DNA of 54,743 bases from a virus (Duplodnaviria; Caudoviricetes), in IMG/VR virus record IMGVR_UViG_3300022562_001216, positions 1 through 54,743 of that record, one strand, 5' to 3'. Below are positions 1 to 10,961 of the stretch, piece by piece. The notes below the pieces were generated by a model. That model was not told the origin of the DNA. It searched no databases and saw only the letters and a list, made by a program, of their open reading frames with translations. The position numbers and the translations under genes were made by a program. How positions within the stretch are numbered: position 1 is the stretch's first letter; each line of letters opens with the position of its first letter.

Positions 1-144
1 GAGACTGGGGAGGAATCCAGCGAGGCGATCTAACCTACAAGCAGAACACCAAGCTGCGGGATCTGGAAAAACGCCTCGCCGCCCTCGCCCAAGAGCACAG
101 CTACGACAACCGCAACGCCAAAGGCAAAGCCCTGCGCAAGGCCA
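1..144. repeat. Terminal direct repeat, copy 1 (circularisation overlap)
   Basis: 1-144 is identical to 54600-54743 and the reading frame of the giant gene continues across the junction. Confidence 0.95.
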
Positions 145-3100
145 TTGACAAGGCCGATCTACCCCAACCGATCAAAGACGCGCTGTTAGCGGATATGGCA
201 AAGGCCTGGAAACAGGAAGGCGACCTGTTCAATCAGCCCCAATCAGAACCACAGGCTGAAGCACCCAAGCCCAAGCCCACCAAACCCAAGGCGCCAGAGC
301 CACCGACCCCAAGTCCTGCCAGTCCTGCCTTCAACCACTTCCACATCGATAAGCCGGAAGAGTTGGTGGGGGGTGGACAAGTGGCCCGCTTCAATAAAAA
401 CCAAAAGGCCATTGAAACCTATTTGGAGCTGAAAGACGCAGGCCGCCCAGCCACGCCGGAGGAGCAAGCCATTTTGGCCAGCTACACCGGTTGGGGCTCG
501 TTCGGTCAAGAGCTGTTCCAAGGCACCTGGGCCAACCCCAAGCCCAAAGAAAAATGGGAAGCCCGTGATGCCTGGCTGCGCCAACACCTGGGCCAGAGCG
601 AATGGGAAAGTATGCAACGCTCGATCACCAACAGCCATTACACCGATCCACCCACGGTGATGGCCATGTGGGATATGGTCAAGCGCTTGGGCTTCGACGG
701 GGGCCGGGTGCGCGAGCCCTCCATTGGCATTGGTAATTTCTTCGGCCTGATGCCGCGGGAGTTGAAAAACCGCTCGCAACTGGATGGCATTGAGCTTGAC
801 GAGATTACCGGCGGCATGGCGCAGATGATCTACCCGGACGCCAACATCCAAATCAAGGGCTATCAGGACTCCAAAACCCCGGATAACTTCTTTGATTTGA
901 TCATTGGCAACTGGCCGTTTGAAAACACCACCATTGCGGATCGGCGCTACAACAAGCTCAATCCCTTTGTGCATGATTACTTTTTCTTGAAAGCGGTAGA
1001 CCAGACCCGGCCTGGTGGCCTGGTGGTGGGGATCACGTCCAAGGGCAGCATGGACAAGGTGGATTCGACCATCCGCATGGAGTTGGCCAAGAAAGCCAAG
1101 CTGGTGGCGGCGTTTAGGCTGCCCACGGGGGCGTTCCAAGAGTACGCGGGCACCAAGGTCGTCACCGATATCATCATCCTCCAGAAGCGCCCAGAGCCCA
1201 TAGCGGGGGTGGTCGGGGAAGGCTGGGTGTTCACCCAAGAGCAGGCCTTTGGCGACAACAAGCTGAAAATCAACGAATACTTTGTCAACAACCCCGATAA
1301 AGTGCTGGGCAAAATGAGCTATGGCCACGGCACCACCCGCATGGGTGCTGACCTGGTGGTGGAGCGGCCCAAGGATATGAAACAAGCCTTGGCCGATGCG
1401 GTTAATTCCCTGCCCACCAATATCTATACCCGCAGTACGCGACCGCTGGCGGATTCTTACATTGCCAACCACACCGATGACCGTCAAAACGCCCTGGTGG
1501 AAAAAGACGGTGATTTTTATGTGGTGCTGGGCGAGTACATGCAGGAAGCCAATGAAGCCCTCAAATGGCGCATTGACAAGCCGAAAGAAGTGGCCAAGCG
1601 CAAAGACCAGCTCACCCGTCTGATTGCGATGCGTAAGCTTTACGGCAAGCTGATCGATGCGGAATTGAAGGGCACCGTGACCACTGAGCGTGAACAGCTC
1701 AACAAGGCCTACAAAGCGTTTGTGGACAAGTACGGACGCTTGAACGGCAAACCCAACGCCAACGGCAAGGTGGTGCCCTCCTGGGGCTTAAACTACCTGG
1801 CTAAGCTGTCTGAACCGTTTTACCCGGAGTTGGCGGCACTGGAGCGGCCCACTTTCGACAAAAAACGCAACGTCACCGGCTTTGAGCCGGTGGACATTCT
1901 CAGCAAAAGCACCATGCGCCGGGCCATGCGCATCGATGACCCGGACATTGCCGACGCCTATGTGCTGGCGCGCAACAGCAACGTTAACCCCAGTCTGGAA
2001 GAGATTGCCAAGTTAGCCAAGCAGCCCATCGAGGCGGTGCGGGCAGAGCTGGTGGACAAGGGCGCGGTGTTCGAGTTGCCGGGCGGTGATGTGGTGCCGT
2101 CCGATCTGTACCTGGCCGGTAACGTGCGCGAGAAGCTGCGCGATGCCAAGAATGCCGTCAGTGAGGGCATGAGCCAGTTGCAACACAACGTCGATGCCCT
2201 GGAAAAGGTGATCCCGGAGGACGTGCCCTATTACAAGATAGAAGCCAAAATGGGCGCAACCTACGTCACGCCAGAGCAATACACCCAATACATCGGTCAC
2301 ATGCTGGGGCTCAGTCCAGAGGAGGCGCCACGCTACGTCACCACCACCTACCGCCAAGGCCGCTGGAAAGTGGAACTCAACACAGAGGCGGATCGTCGGG
2401 TGGAGGCGCATTCGGGCTTTGGTTTGCCGGATGTGCCGTTTAAGCGCCTGGTCAATGCCGCGATGTCCAATCAGCGCATTACCATTCGCACCAAAGACGA
2501 CAAGGGCAATCTGGTGGTGGATGATCAGCTCACCGCAGAAGCCACCAGCAAGATCGATGAAATGCGCTTTAAGTTCGCCGCCTGGCTGTGGAGTGATCCA
2601 GAACGCCGGGTGCTGGTGGAGCGCGAATACAACGAGGTCATCAACGCTTACGCCGATGCCAGCTATGACGGTAGTTTCATGCGCTTTTCCGGCATGGCCT
2701 TAGCCCTGGGAGAAAGCGAGTTCAACCTGCGCAAACACCAAGCCGATGGCATTTGGCGGGGGGTGGCCACCCGCAAAGGTCTGTATGCCCATGAGGTGGG
2801 CACTGGCAAATCCTTCACCATTGCCGGCATTGCGGTGGAATCGCGCCGCTACGGCCTGGCACGTAAACCCCTGGTACTGGGCCACAACGCCAACGCCGCC
2901 AGCCTGGCGCGGGATATCCAGCAGATGTACCCCGGCGCCAAAGTGCTCTATGTGGACAACCTGGACAAGAAAAGCATTGAGCGCAACATCCGCACCATTG
3001 CCAATGACGACTGGGACGCGGTGGTGATGCCCCATTCCCTGATCGACAAGATCGGGTTCAGAAAAGAAACCCTGCTGGATCTGGCGCGGTTGGACATTGA

Positions 3101-6100
3101 AGCCATCATGGAAGAGTTGGCGGAAATGGATTTTAACCCCGAAGACGCCATGCTGATGAGCACCGAAGGCAGCTTTGAGACGGCTAAAGACGTAGACGCC
3201 GCCATGGAAGAGGCCAACAAAGCCATGAGCGGTAAGCGGGATATCCCCCCCACCGCCAAAGAGCTGGTGAAGCTGCGCAACCGGATCATTGCCAGCGTGT
3301 TTAAAGCCGCCCAGAGAGCCAGTGGTGAGAATGCCATTGCGTTTGAGGAGCTGGGGGTGGATATGGTGTTGGTGGATGAGGCCCATGAGTTCAAAAAGCC
3401 ACCGTTTGCCACCCGGATGCAGATGAAAGGCCTGCAAACTGCCGCCAGTGGCCAGTCAATCTGGCTCAAATTCATCACCGATTACATCCGTTCCACCAAC
3501 AACGGCTTCAATGTCCACTTGTTTACGGGTACACCGATCACCAACACCTTAGTGGAAATCTTCCACATGCAGCGTTACATCATGCAGGAAGAGATGCAAG
3601 CTGCGGGCATTGACCAGTGGGATGGCTGGTTTGGGGCGTTCGCCGCGGAAGTCGCGGATCTGGAGCTGACACCCACGGGTGAGTACGAGTTACAGACCCG
3701 CTTGGCCGCGTTTGTCAATGTGCCGGAGCTGCGGCGCATGATCGGCCAGTACATGGACGTGGTATTTGGCGATGAAATGCCGGAAATGCGGCCACGGCAA
3801 ACCCAAAACGGCAAAACCCTGGAAACCATTGAAACCGAAGCCGAGCGGATGGAATTGCTCAATGGTCGTACCGAAGGGGCCGATGATCGCCCCTACCGCA
3901 AAGTCATCAACGACACCGCGGATCTGACCCCAGAGCAGGAAAAAGCCTTCAAGGTGTTGCAGGACTACGCCCGCGACTGGGCCGAAATGGAAAAGCCGGC
4001 GCGACGGCGAGCCCAATTAGAGGGTGATCCCCGCTCACCCATTGTCACCGAAGGTTTGGCCGCTAAAGCCAGCCTGGACGTGCGTTTGATGTACGACTCC
4101 GACTATGCGGGCATGGAGGGCAAGACGCAGGATCACCCGAACAGCAAAGTGAGCCGGGTGGTGCGCAACGTCAAAGAGATCTATGACAGCCATCCCCTGG
4201 CCAACCAAGTGATTTTTATCGATCAAGGCTATTCGACCTCGACGGAGCGCAAACAAAACACGGATTTGATCATTGACGGCAAGCCGGTTAAAGAATCGGT
4301 TAAGATCCCGGTCTTCTCCACCGTGAAAGATTTGGTACTGCGCCTGCAACAAGCGGGCATTCCTGCCGAGCAGATTGCGGTGGTGGATGCCAGCGTCAAA
4401 CGGGCCGCTCGCAAAGAGGTGGCGGATCGCATGAACCGCGGTGAGCTGCGAGTGGTGATCGGCCAGTCGCAAACCTTGGGGGTGGGGGTGAACATGCAGA
4501 GAAACCTGCGGGCCATGCACCACATGGACGCCCCCTGGATGCCGGGCTTGCTGGAGCAACGCAATGGCCGCGGTTGGCGTCAAGGCAATCAATGGAACAC
4601 CGTGCTGGAGCACCGCTATCTGACGGATCGCATTGACGGTCGTCGCTGGCAAGTGCTGGCCATCAAGCAGCGCTTTATTCAAATGTTCATGCGCTCCAAA
4701 GGCGAGCTGCGGGTGATTGAGGGGGATGCGGCCAGTGATGACCAAGTGGACATCATGCAGACCTTTGCGGAAGCCGCGGGTGATCCCCGCATTCTGCTAC
4801 GGGAGAAAGCCAAGTCCAAGCTGGAAGGCCTGTACCAGAAACAACGCTTTCACAGTCAGGCCATTGCCGATGCTCACAGCAATATCAAAGAGTACCAGAA
4901 CAAGATTGCCGAACGGCAAGCGCAGATCGACGCAGAAAAACGCTCTCAACGCCCGGCCATTCTCAAGGCCTGGGTGGATTCGGTCAGCGGTAAGGCGTTT
5001 TCGTTCAACTACCCGGCTTTGAAGGAACCCATCACCGAGCGTAAGCAAGTCAACGAGTATGCCAAGGCCTTTGCCGAAAAAAACGTGCGGGTGGAAGCAG
5101 CGCCTAAGCTTTTTGGTGAGCTGGGTGGGCAGCAGATTTACATCGAACACCCAAAATATTCCGGTGAACCGCTGTTTACGGTGTCCTTTGAACTGGCCGA
5201 TGGCACTAGGTTAGGCTTTGAAACATTCCTCGACGTGGCCATGTTGGTGGATCGGGTGCGGCGATCCAGTGATTCGGACATTGCCTTTCACAATCACTGG
5301 ATCGAAGAGCACAAAGAATCCATCACCAGCCTGGAAAAAGTCACCAAAGAGCCGTTCCACTTGCAGGATCAGCTTGACGCCAAAGAGCGCGAACTGAAAG
5401 ACCTGGAAGACGACATTGCTCACAACCCGGTGGCGCCGCCTGCCTGGCTGCGATCCGGGGCGCCAGTGGATACGGAAGTGTTTAAGGGCAAACAGCCGTT
5501 TGTGGTCACAGGCCACCGTTGGAACAATGATGGCTGGTTCGTGGTGGCCGCTGATGCCAAGGGTCAAATGGTCATCCCCTACCTGGAAGCCAAGGACGCC
5601 CAAGGGATGCCGCTGTACGAGGAACGGGAGTTTGAACCCCCGGTGCGGGAAAAACCCGACAAGGAGCTTGGCGAGGCTGACAAGGTGCCCGACAAGAAGC
5701 TTGACGAGCCCGACAAGCCGGCTCAAGTCTCGCGCCTGGCCACTGAAACCAACCCCCGCGCTAGGCCGGAACTGATGCCACCAGTAGGCCGATTCAGCAA
5801 AAAACAAGCGACTCAAGCCAAGCCCATGAGCGCCGCAGAGGTGGGGGTGGCACTGGCGCCACGGGTGGCGGAACTGGGCGCCAATGTGCAGGTGAAGGTG
5901 GTGGATTCGGTGAAAAATTTGCCGAAAGCCGCCCTGGATCTGCTCAAATTCCGCGGCGACGTACAAAACCCGCGGGGTTTCTTCGATCCGGTGAGCCAGA
6001 AACTGTACATCGTGGCCGATCAGATTCATTCGCCCCTGGAAGCCCGGCAAGTGTTGGAGCATGAAGCGTTAGGTCACTTGGGGGTGGAAAGCCTGCTAGG

Positions 6101-9100
6101 GGACCAATTCACGCCGTTTGTGCGCGACGTGATGCGGTTGTACCGCTCCGGCAACAAAATTATCAACGAGGCCGCTACATCGATCATCCGGGACTATGGT
6201 GGCGACTGGAAGAATCTCACCAGCGAGGAGAAAGGCGCTGAAATCATCGCCAAGCTGGCCGAACGGCGAGCCAAGGGGGCTTCCTTCACCCGGCGCGTAC
6301 AGCAACTGTGGACCCGCATTGCCATGGCGGCTCGGCAAACCCTGCGCAAACTGGGCTTTGAGATTGGTTTCAGTGAGTATGAGGTCGCCTGGGTGCTGAT
6401 GCGGGCAGAAGATCGCCTCAAACACCGGGAGCCCTTGCCCATCACTGAGGGGGTGGGGCGTTTTGCCGCGGCCTCTAATCTGGACTGGCAGGATCGACAA
6501 AAGCAATTGATCGAAGACGTGAACAAGGGAATGCCTATTGATCGAGCGTTCCGCAAGCTGTTTGACGTGGCCGGCATGGTGGACGAGCACGGTGCCCTGA
6601 AGCGGCCTGACTGGGTGCCCGATGTGGTGGTGACGGCGTTTGAAAACTTCCTCAAATTCCTCAAAGACACCTATGGCCATGCCACCTGGTTGCATCCTGT
6701 GGTGGAAGTGGCCAAACGGGGTTTGATCGACCGCTATGGCCTGGATGAGGCGTATAAGGATCTGGATGCTAAGCGTCAAGCCCTGAAAAACCGCCTGTTG
6801 CGGGAGGGTGAGCGGTTCCTGACCCTGCTCAAAGAACGCCAAACCACCCGTGATGAGGCACAAGTTCTGTACGATATGCTGACGGGTCAGGCCGTGGGGA
6901 CCACCGAGCTGCAGGAATTGGCGGAACCCATCCGTGAGGCGATTCTGTCCATGGGCCGGATGGCGGTGGATCTGGAATTGATCAGTGAAGAGGCGTTCCA
7001 GCGCAATGCTGGCGCCTACCTGCACCGATCCTATGCCCGCTATGAGAAAAACGTCTCCACCTGGGCCACGCTGTGGAAGGCCAAGAACGGCAAAAAGCGG
7101 GTGAAACTGGAGGGCTCCGAACTCAAACACCGGGGTTACGAAATCCGCATCAACAAAGCCAAGGCCGCGGCACTGGGCAATTTGATCAACGGTAAGAGCG
7201 TGCAAGTGTTCCGGGTGCCGGGCAACAAGCACTACAAGTTTGGTCCCGTGGGCGCACCGCCAAAGAATCCAGCCTGGGAAAACAAGGGCGAGTTTGAGAT
7301 TCGGCGCGATAAGAGCGGCAAGCCCATCAGCCTGTGGCGTGACTGGACCAAGGCTGAGCGCGAGTCCATGGGCGAGATTACCGACGCTCGCTACGCGATT
7401 GCCAAAACCTACCAGCTCCTGGCCCATGACCTGGCCACGGGCCAATTCTATGAGGACATTGCGAAAAATCCCGATTGGGCACAGGACGAGGTAGATCCTA
7501 GCCTGGTGGTGAAAAAGACCGGGCGCCTGTCGAGCCTGGTGGATGACGGTGAGTGGGTACTGGTGCCCGATGACAAGATTGCCAAGAGCAATGCCAAGAA
7601 GTGGGGCAAGCTGGCGGGTAAGTACGTGCGGGTGGAAATCTGGCGGGATCTGAATGAAGTGGAAATGATGCAGCACGTCAATTTCTGGCGCCACTTGATG
7701 CGGTTCTGGAAATTGAACAAAACCGCCAGAAACGTGGTGGTCCACCTCAACAACGTCATGAGTAACCTGTTATTCGCGGATATGGCCGATGTGCGCCTGC
7801 GCGATATCAAGCAGGCCTTTATCTCCATGCGCGACAAGGACGAGTTCTATCAGATGGCGGTGGATCATCAGGCCTTTGGCAACGGCTTTGTGGAGAACGA
7901 GCTACGACAGGCCTTGTACGGCGACTTGCTGAAAGAATTGGAGCAGCAGGCCAACAACGACAAGGGCTTTTGGGAGAACGCCATTTTTAAAGCCGCGGGC
8001 AGCAATGAGTTTGTGCAGAAATTTGCGTTAATCGGCACTGCCATGGACAAAGCCTGGCATGGGCACCAATTGAAACAACCGAAAACCGTGCCGTTTACGG
8101 GGGTGCAGATTGAAAAGCTGGGCTTAAAACCCGCGGATCAGGCCATGTTGGACTTGTACCAGTGGGAAGACGAGTTTTTTCGGATGGCCGCCTACATTCG
8201 CCGCATGAGCCTGGGGGATACCCCGCAAGCCGCGGCAAAATACGCACGGGAGCAATTCCTCGATTACGACATTCGAGCCCCAGTGATCAATGTGTTGCGC
8301 AATTCGGTGTTGCCGTTTGTGGCTTACACCTATCGGGCGGTGCCGGTGATTGCCCGCTCGCTGGCGGCTCGCCCCTGGAAGATCCTGAAATACATGGTGG
8401 TGGCGGAGGCCTTGAACAGCCTGGGCTATGCCATGGCGCCGGGGGATGAGGACGAGGAACGCCGCTCGCTACGGGAAGACATTCAGGGTAAAACCTGGCT
8501 GGGGATACCGCGTATGATCCGGATGCCCGTTTTTGATCAGCACGGAGACCCGACCTTCCTGGACGTGCGCCGCTTCATTCCCGCCGGGGATATCTTTGAT
8601 ACCAACATTGGGCACCCGTCCGTGCCGATCCCGGCGCCGCTGCAATTCGGTGGGCCGTTAATGCTGGCCGCAGAGATGTTTTTGAACAAGGTGGGCTTTA
8701 CGGGGGATGAAATCAGCAACGAGCTGACGGACACCACCAGCGAGCGCTGGGCCAAAACCGCAAGCTGGGCGTGGAAAGGCATAATGCCCTCTGCGCCCTG
8801 GATACCAAAATCCTGGTACTGGGAAAAGATCAACACCGCCATCGATGGCGGGGTGGACCCACTGGGCCGAACCTACAGTGTGCCCGCGGCCATTGCCAGC
8901 TCAGTCGGTATCAAGGTCCAAGGTCAGAACGTGCGGCAAGGGTTTTACTACCACGAATTGGCCTTTGATCGCCGCGAGCGACAACTGAAGTCCGAGCAAA
9001 CGCAGACAGAACGTTTGTTCCGGCGTAATATGATTTCGGCAGATGAATTCAAGGAGTCGTCGGATACCCTGCGCCAAAAACTGTTGCAACTGAACAAGGA

Positions 9101-9134
9101 ACGGCGCAAAACCTTCACAGGAGCGGAAGACTAA
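3..9134 (+). CDS. 3' part of giant DarB-like polyvalent virion protein (N6-adenine MTase, SNF2/SF2 helicase, HExxxH metallopeptidase-like, LPD38-like C-terminus)
   Basis: Frame open from base 3 and continuous with the ORF starting at 49874. Motifs: EPSIGIGNF, IIGNWPF (MTase); AHEVGTGKS, VDEAH, TGTPITN, QRNGRGWRQGN (helicase); LEHEALGH (zincin-like). Confidence 0.9.
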   Translation, partial: DWGGIQRGDLTYKQNTKLRDLEKRLAALAQEHSYDNRNAKGKALRKAIDKADLPQPIKDALLADMAKAWKQEGDLFNQPQSEPQAEAPKPKPTKPKAPEPPTPSPASPAFNHFHIDKPEELVGGGQVARFNKNQKAIETYLELKDAGRPATPEEQAILASYTGWGSFGQELFQGTWANPKPKEKWEARDAWLRQHLGQSEWESMQRSITNSHYTDPPTVMAMWDMVKRLGFDGGRVREPSIGIGNFFGLMPRELKNRSQLDGIELDEITGGMAQMIYPDANIQIKGYQDSKTPDNFFDLIIGNWPFENTTIADRRYNKLNPFVHDYFFLKAVDQTRPGGLVVGITSKGSMDKVDSTIRMELAKKAKLVAAFRLPTGAFQEYAGTKVVTDIIILQKRPEPIAGVVGEGWVFTQEQAFGDNKLKINEYFVNNPDKVLGKMSYGHGTTRMGADLVVERPKDMKQALADAVNSLPTNIYTRSTRPLADSYIANHTDDRQNALVEKDGDFYVVLGEYMQEANEALKWRIDKPKEVAKRKDQLTRLIAMRKLYGKLIDAELKGTVTTEREQLNKAYKAFVDKYGRLNGKPNANGKVVPSWGLNYLAKLSEPFYPELAALERPTFDKKRNVTGFEPVDILSKSTMRRAMRIDDPDIADAYVLARNSNVNPSLEEIAKLAKQPIEAVRAELVDKGAVFELPGGDVVPSDLYLAGNVREKLRDAKNAVSEGMSQLQHNVDALEKVIPEDVPYYKIEAKMGATYVTPEQYTQYIGHMLGLSPEEAPRYVTTTYRQGRWKVELNTEADRRVEAHSGFGLPDVPFKRLVNAAMSNQRITIRTKDDKGNLVVDDQLTAEATSKIDEMRFKFAAWLWSDPERRVLVEREYNEVINAYADASYDGSFMRFSGMALALGESEFNLRKHQADGIWRGVATRKGLYAHEVGTGKSFTIAGIAVESRRYGLARKPLVLGHNANAASLARDIQQMYPGAKVLYVDNLDKKSIERNIRTIANDDWDAVVMPHSLIDKIGFRKETLLDLARLDIEAIMEELAEMDFNPEDAMLMSTEGSFETAKDVDAAMEEANKAMSGKRDIPPTAKELVKLRNRIIASVFKAAQRASGENAIAFEELGVDMVLVDEAHEFKKPPFATRMQMKGLQTAASGQSIWLKFITDYIRSTNNGFNVHLFTGTPITNTLVEIFHMQRYIMQEEMQAAGIDQWDGWFGAFAAEVADLELTPTGEYELQTRLAAFVNVPELRRMIGQYMDVVFGDEMPEMRPRQTQNGKTLETIETEAERMELLNGRTEGADDRPYRKVINDTADLTPEQEKAFKVLQDYARDWAEMEKPARRRAQLEGDPRSPIVTEGLAAKASLDVRLMYDSDYAGMEGKTQDHPNSKVSRVVRNVKEIYDSHPLANQVIFIDQGYSTSTERKQNTDLIIDGKPVKESVKIPVFSTVKDLVLRLQQAGIPAEQIAVVDASVKRAARKEVADRMNRGELRVVIGQSQTLGVGVNMQRNLRAMHHMDAPWMPGLLEQRNGRGWRQGNQWNTVLEHRYLTDRIDGRRWQVLAIKQRFIQMFMRSKGELRVIEGDAASDDQVDIMQTFAEAAGDPRILLREKAKSKLEGLYQKQRFHSQAIADAHSNIKEYQNKIAERQAQIDAEKRSQRPAILKAWVDSVSGKAFSFNYPALKEPITERKQVNEYAKAFAEKNVRVEAAPKLFGELGGQQIYIEHPKYSGEPLFTVSFELADGTRLGFETFLDVAMLVDRVRRSSDSDIAFHNHWIEEHKESITSLEKVTKEPFHLQDQLDAKERELKDLEDDIAHNPVAPPAWLRSGAPVDTEVFKGKQPFVVTGHRWNNDGWFVVAADAKGQMVIPYLEAKDAQGMPLYEEREFEPPVREKPDKELGEADKVPDKKLDEPDKPAQVSRLATETNPRARPELMPPVGRFSKKQATQAKPMSAAEVGVALAPRVAELGANVQVKVVDSVKNLPKAALDLLKFRGDVQNPRGFFDPVSQKLYIVADQIHSPLEARQVLEHEALGHLGVESLLGDQFTPFVRDVMRLYRSGNKIINEAATSIIRDYGGDWKNLTSEEKGAEIIAKLAERRAKGASFTRRVQQLWTRIAMAARQTLRKLGFEIGFSEYEVAWVLMRAEDRLKHREPLPITEGVGRFAAASNLDWQDRQKQLIEDVNKGMPIDRAFRKLFDVAGMVDEHGALKRPDWVPDVVVTAFENFLKFLKDTYGHATWLHPVVEVAKRGLIDRYGLDEAYKDLDAKRQALKNRLLREGERFLTLLKERQTTRDEAQVLYDMLTGQAVGTTELQELAEPIREAILSMGRMAVDLELISEEAFQRNAGAYLHRSYARYEKNVSTWATLWKAKNGKKRVKLEGSELKHRGYEIRINKAKAAALGNLINGKSVQVFRVPGNKHYKFGPVGAPPKNPAWENKGEFEIRRDKSGKPISLWRDWTKAERESMGEITDARYAIAKTYQLLAHDLATGQFYEDIAKNPDWAQDEVDPSLVVKKTGRLSSLVDDGEWVLVPDDKIAKSNAKKWGKLAGKYVRVEIWRDLNEVEMMQHVNFWRHLMRFWKLNKTARNVVVHLNNVMSNLLFADMADVRLRDIKQAFISMRDKDEFYQMAVDHQAFGNGFVENELRQALYGDLLKELEQQANNDKGFWENAIFKAAGSNEFVQKFALIGTAMDKAWHGHQLKQPKTVPFTGVQIEKLGLKPADQAMLDLYQWEDEFFRMAAYIRRMSLGDTPQAAAKYAREQFLDYDIRAPVINVLRNSVLPFVAYTYRAVPVIARSLAARPWKILKYMVVAEALNSLGYAMAPGDEDEERRSLREDIQGKTWLGIPRMIRMPVFDQHGDPTFLDVRRFIPAGDIFDTNIGHPSVPIPAPLQFGGPLMLAAEMFLNKVGFTGDEISNELTDTTSERWAKTASWAWKGIMPSAPWIPKSWYWEKINTAIDGGVDPLGRTYSVPAAIASSVGIKVQGQNVRQGFYYHELAFDRRERQLKSEQTQTERLFRRNMISADEFKESSDTLRQKLLQLNKERRKTFTGAED

Positions 9135-9481
9135 TGGAAGAGAAAGCGTTTAAATCAACACGTTTTGATGAAATCAAAGTACAGGTGGATATTCAGCCCC
9201 AGCAATCCTATTTGATGTTGGTGTGGGGTGGCCTCAAAAGCCCGGTGGGTGAGATCAGCACCATGTTCACGTTTAAGAAAGAGGATCATGCTGACCAAGC
9301 CATGCTGTTCTATGAAAAGCTCGATGGTGATGAAGAGGTAGAACGCCTGGTGGATGCGATCATGAAAAAAGTCTCTGATGGTTTGCCCGGCTTGATCGAA
9401 GAGGCCGAAGAGGCCGATACCATGCGCATTATTTCAGAGGACTTGAACCGGGCCATGATCACGGGGGATTCATGGAGGTAG
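9134..9481 (+). CDS. Hypothetical protein
   Basis: TAATG coupling to the giant gene; 115 aa, protein-like composition. Confidence 0.7.
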   Translation: MEEKAFKSTRFDEIKVQVDIQPQQSYLMLVWGGLKSPVGEISTMFTFKKEDHADQAMLFYEKLDGDEEVERLVDAIMKKVSDGLPGLIEEAEEADTMRIISEDLNRAMITGDSWR

Positions 9482-9660
9482 ACGAGAAAAAACCGCGCTT
9501 GTTTTATTATTGCGATGATCTGTCGTGGCTGTTAGCGCCTGACGACATATCGGGGGTGGTGGGTGATTCATCCTGTTGGGAAGAGGGTGAACGGTTTGAT
9601 ATTTCTTTCAAATGGGTGATGATGACGGATGCAGAGGTGGAGGAATTGCCCGATGTCTGA
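9472..9660 (+). CDS. Small acidic hypothetical protein
   Basis: Overlap-coupled ORF within the operon, with a GGGGA SD-like site. Confidence 0.6.
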   Translation: MEVDEKKPRLFYYCDDLSWLLAPDDISGVVGDSSCWEEGERFDISFKWVMMTDAEVEELPDV

Positions 9661-9916
9661 GATTGAAGATCTGGTTGCCAAACTGAGCATAGAGCGTGAT
9701 GAATTGCGGATTAAAAGCATTCATTTAGAAAAAGCATTGCGTACAAAGCCCTGGATCAATACCGAAACGGAAGCCATGATGATCGCCACGGGTCAGCGTC
9801 TGTTGGAGTTGCAAGCGCTGGTCATGTTGTCTTACGAGAACATTTTGGAAATGCGTATTACTGAACTTATGAAAGCGTGGGGAGGAAATCATGCAGATAG
9901 AACTGAAGACGATTGA
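9653..9916 (+). CDS. Hypothetical protein, crAss001_48-like
   Basis: GGAGG SD; pattern ERDELRIKSIHLEKAL...LLELQALVMLSYENILEMRI resembles this small phage family. Confidence 0.55.
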   Translation: MSEIEDLVAKLSIERDELRIKSIHLEKALRTKPWINTETEAMMIATGQRLLELQALVMLSYENILEMRITELMKAWGGNHADRTEDD

Positions 9917-10154
9917 GCAAGAGTGGGAAGGCTTCCGACAAGCCACCATTCCCAACGTCAACGCCGTGCAAGCCAATGAAATGAAAAAGGCTTTTTTTGC
10001 GGGTGCGATGACGATGTTTGGTATGGTGATGCAGTGTGCCGACCTGGGTGAAGACCAGGCCGACGAGCGGTTGAGCGAACTTGATCATGAGATTAAGCAG
10101 TATCTTAAAGTGAATATTTTTTTGGATCATGAGGAATTGGAAGCCTCAAATTGA
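9891..10154 (+). CDS. Hypothetical phage protein
   Basis: GGAGG SD; Q..EMKKAFFAGA motif common in small phage proteins. Confidence 0.65.
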   Translation: MQIELKTIEQEWEGFRQATIPNVNAVQANEMKKAFFAGAMTMFGMVMQCADLGEDQADERLSELDHEIKQYLKVNIFLDHEELEASN

Positions 10155-10384
10155 GAAATTTCAAAATGAATGGTTTCGAGTGTTTCTTGTGAAATGCTCA
10201 TTCCATTCCAATAAGACCCATCTTCCAGTGTGTCTTTTGCGCCGTCTAACGGGCAATTGACACATAGATTTTGCTGTTCTACAGCCTCTGCAAGATCCCC
10301 TATGTCACCACTGTAGCCGGTGTTTCTATACGTTGATATCGTGATTCTGTCGGTATTTGCATCGTAATTGATAAAATAATACAT
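10127..10384 (-). CDS. Hypothetical protein (AT-rich segment)
   Basis: 85-aa ORF directly downstream of the wHTH gene. Confidence 0.5.
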   Translation of the reverse strand: MYYFINYDANTDRITISTYRNTGYSGDIGDLAEAVEQQNLCVNCPLDGAKDTLEDGSYWNGMSISQETLETIHFEISQFEASNSS

Positions 10385-10388
10385 ATCG

Positions 10389-10697
10389 TTACCTGCACGT
10401 TGCGATTAATTTTTTGCCCTGATTCGTGATTTTGTACCAGCGGTGTGAATCGCCGTTTTTGCTTGCTCGATTGGGGTTTTCAATGCATTCGATCAAGCCA
10501 AGATTGAGCAACCGTGTTACCGGGCGATCCAGCGATGATTTACTCGCATCACGTTGGCCGTAGATGATTTCGCATAAATCGCTCTTGCCGCTTTCGGGGT
10601 GGTGGTAGATTTGCAGAAACACAATTAAATCCAGAATGCTGAGCCGTGAACCCGCTTTCATTTCAAAAAATGCCATGGCCAGTTTGAGTGTATTCAT
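10389..10697 (-). CDS. Winged-helix (MarR/PadR-like) DNA-binding protein
   Basis: AGGAGG SD; SKSSLDRPVTRLLNLGLIE...WYKITNQGKKL wHTH pattern. Confidence 0.7.
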   Translation of the reverse strand: MNTLKLAMAFFEMKAGSRLSILDLIVFLQIYHHPESGKSDLCEIIYGQRDASKSSLDRPVTRLLNLGLIECIENPNRASKNGDSHRWYKITNQGKKLIATCR

Positions 10698-10961
10698 GAT
10701 TCCTCCTTTTCTAGGCCGCCTATGCGGCGTAGAAACAGTATGACAAATAAACAATGGGCAAGCAAGGGTCATCCATAACTATACCATCCCCGTAAAGTTA
10801 ATTGACTTCTGCTTAAACAGGTTAATTAAAGGGGAAAAAAATCGGCGCTTGTTATTGAGATCGAATCAGGGGGGTTACAAGCGCCGGAACGAAACACGTC
10901 ATTTCAAGGATTGTTCACGTCGAACGGTTCAAAATGTAGTCCATTTGCTCAAATAATCAAC

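Noticed and set aside
195-197. ATG at 195 as the start of the large gene
   Set aside because: The frame is open upstream through the circular junction to 49874, and there is no SD at 195
6096-7745. Long antisense ORFs (also 243-1487, 23176-24135, 24352-25689, 48705-49607)
   Set aside because: They are shadow frames of well-supported sense genes in GC-rich coding DNA and show no recognisable motifs
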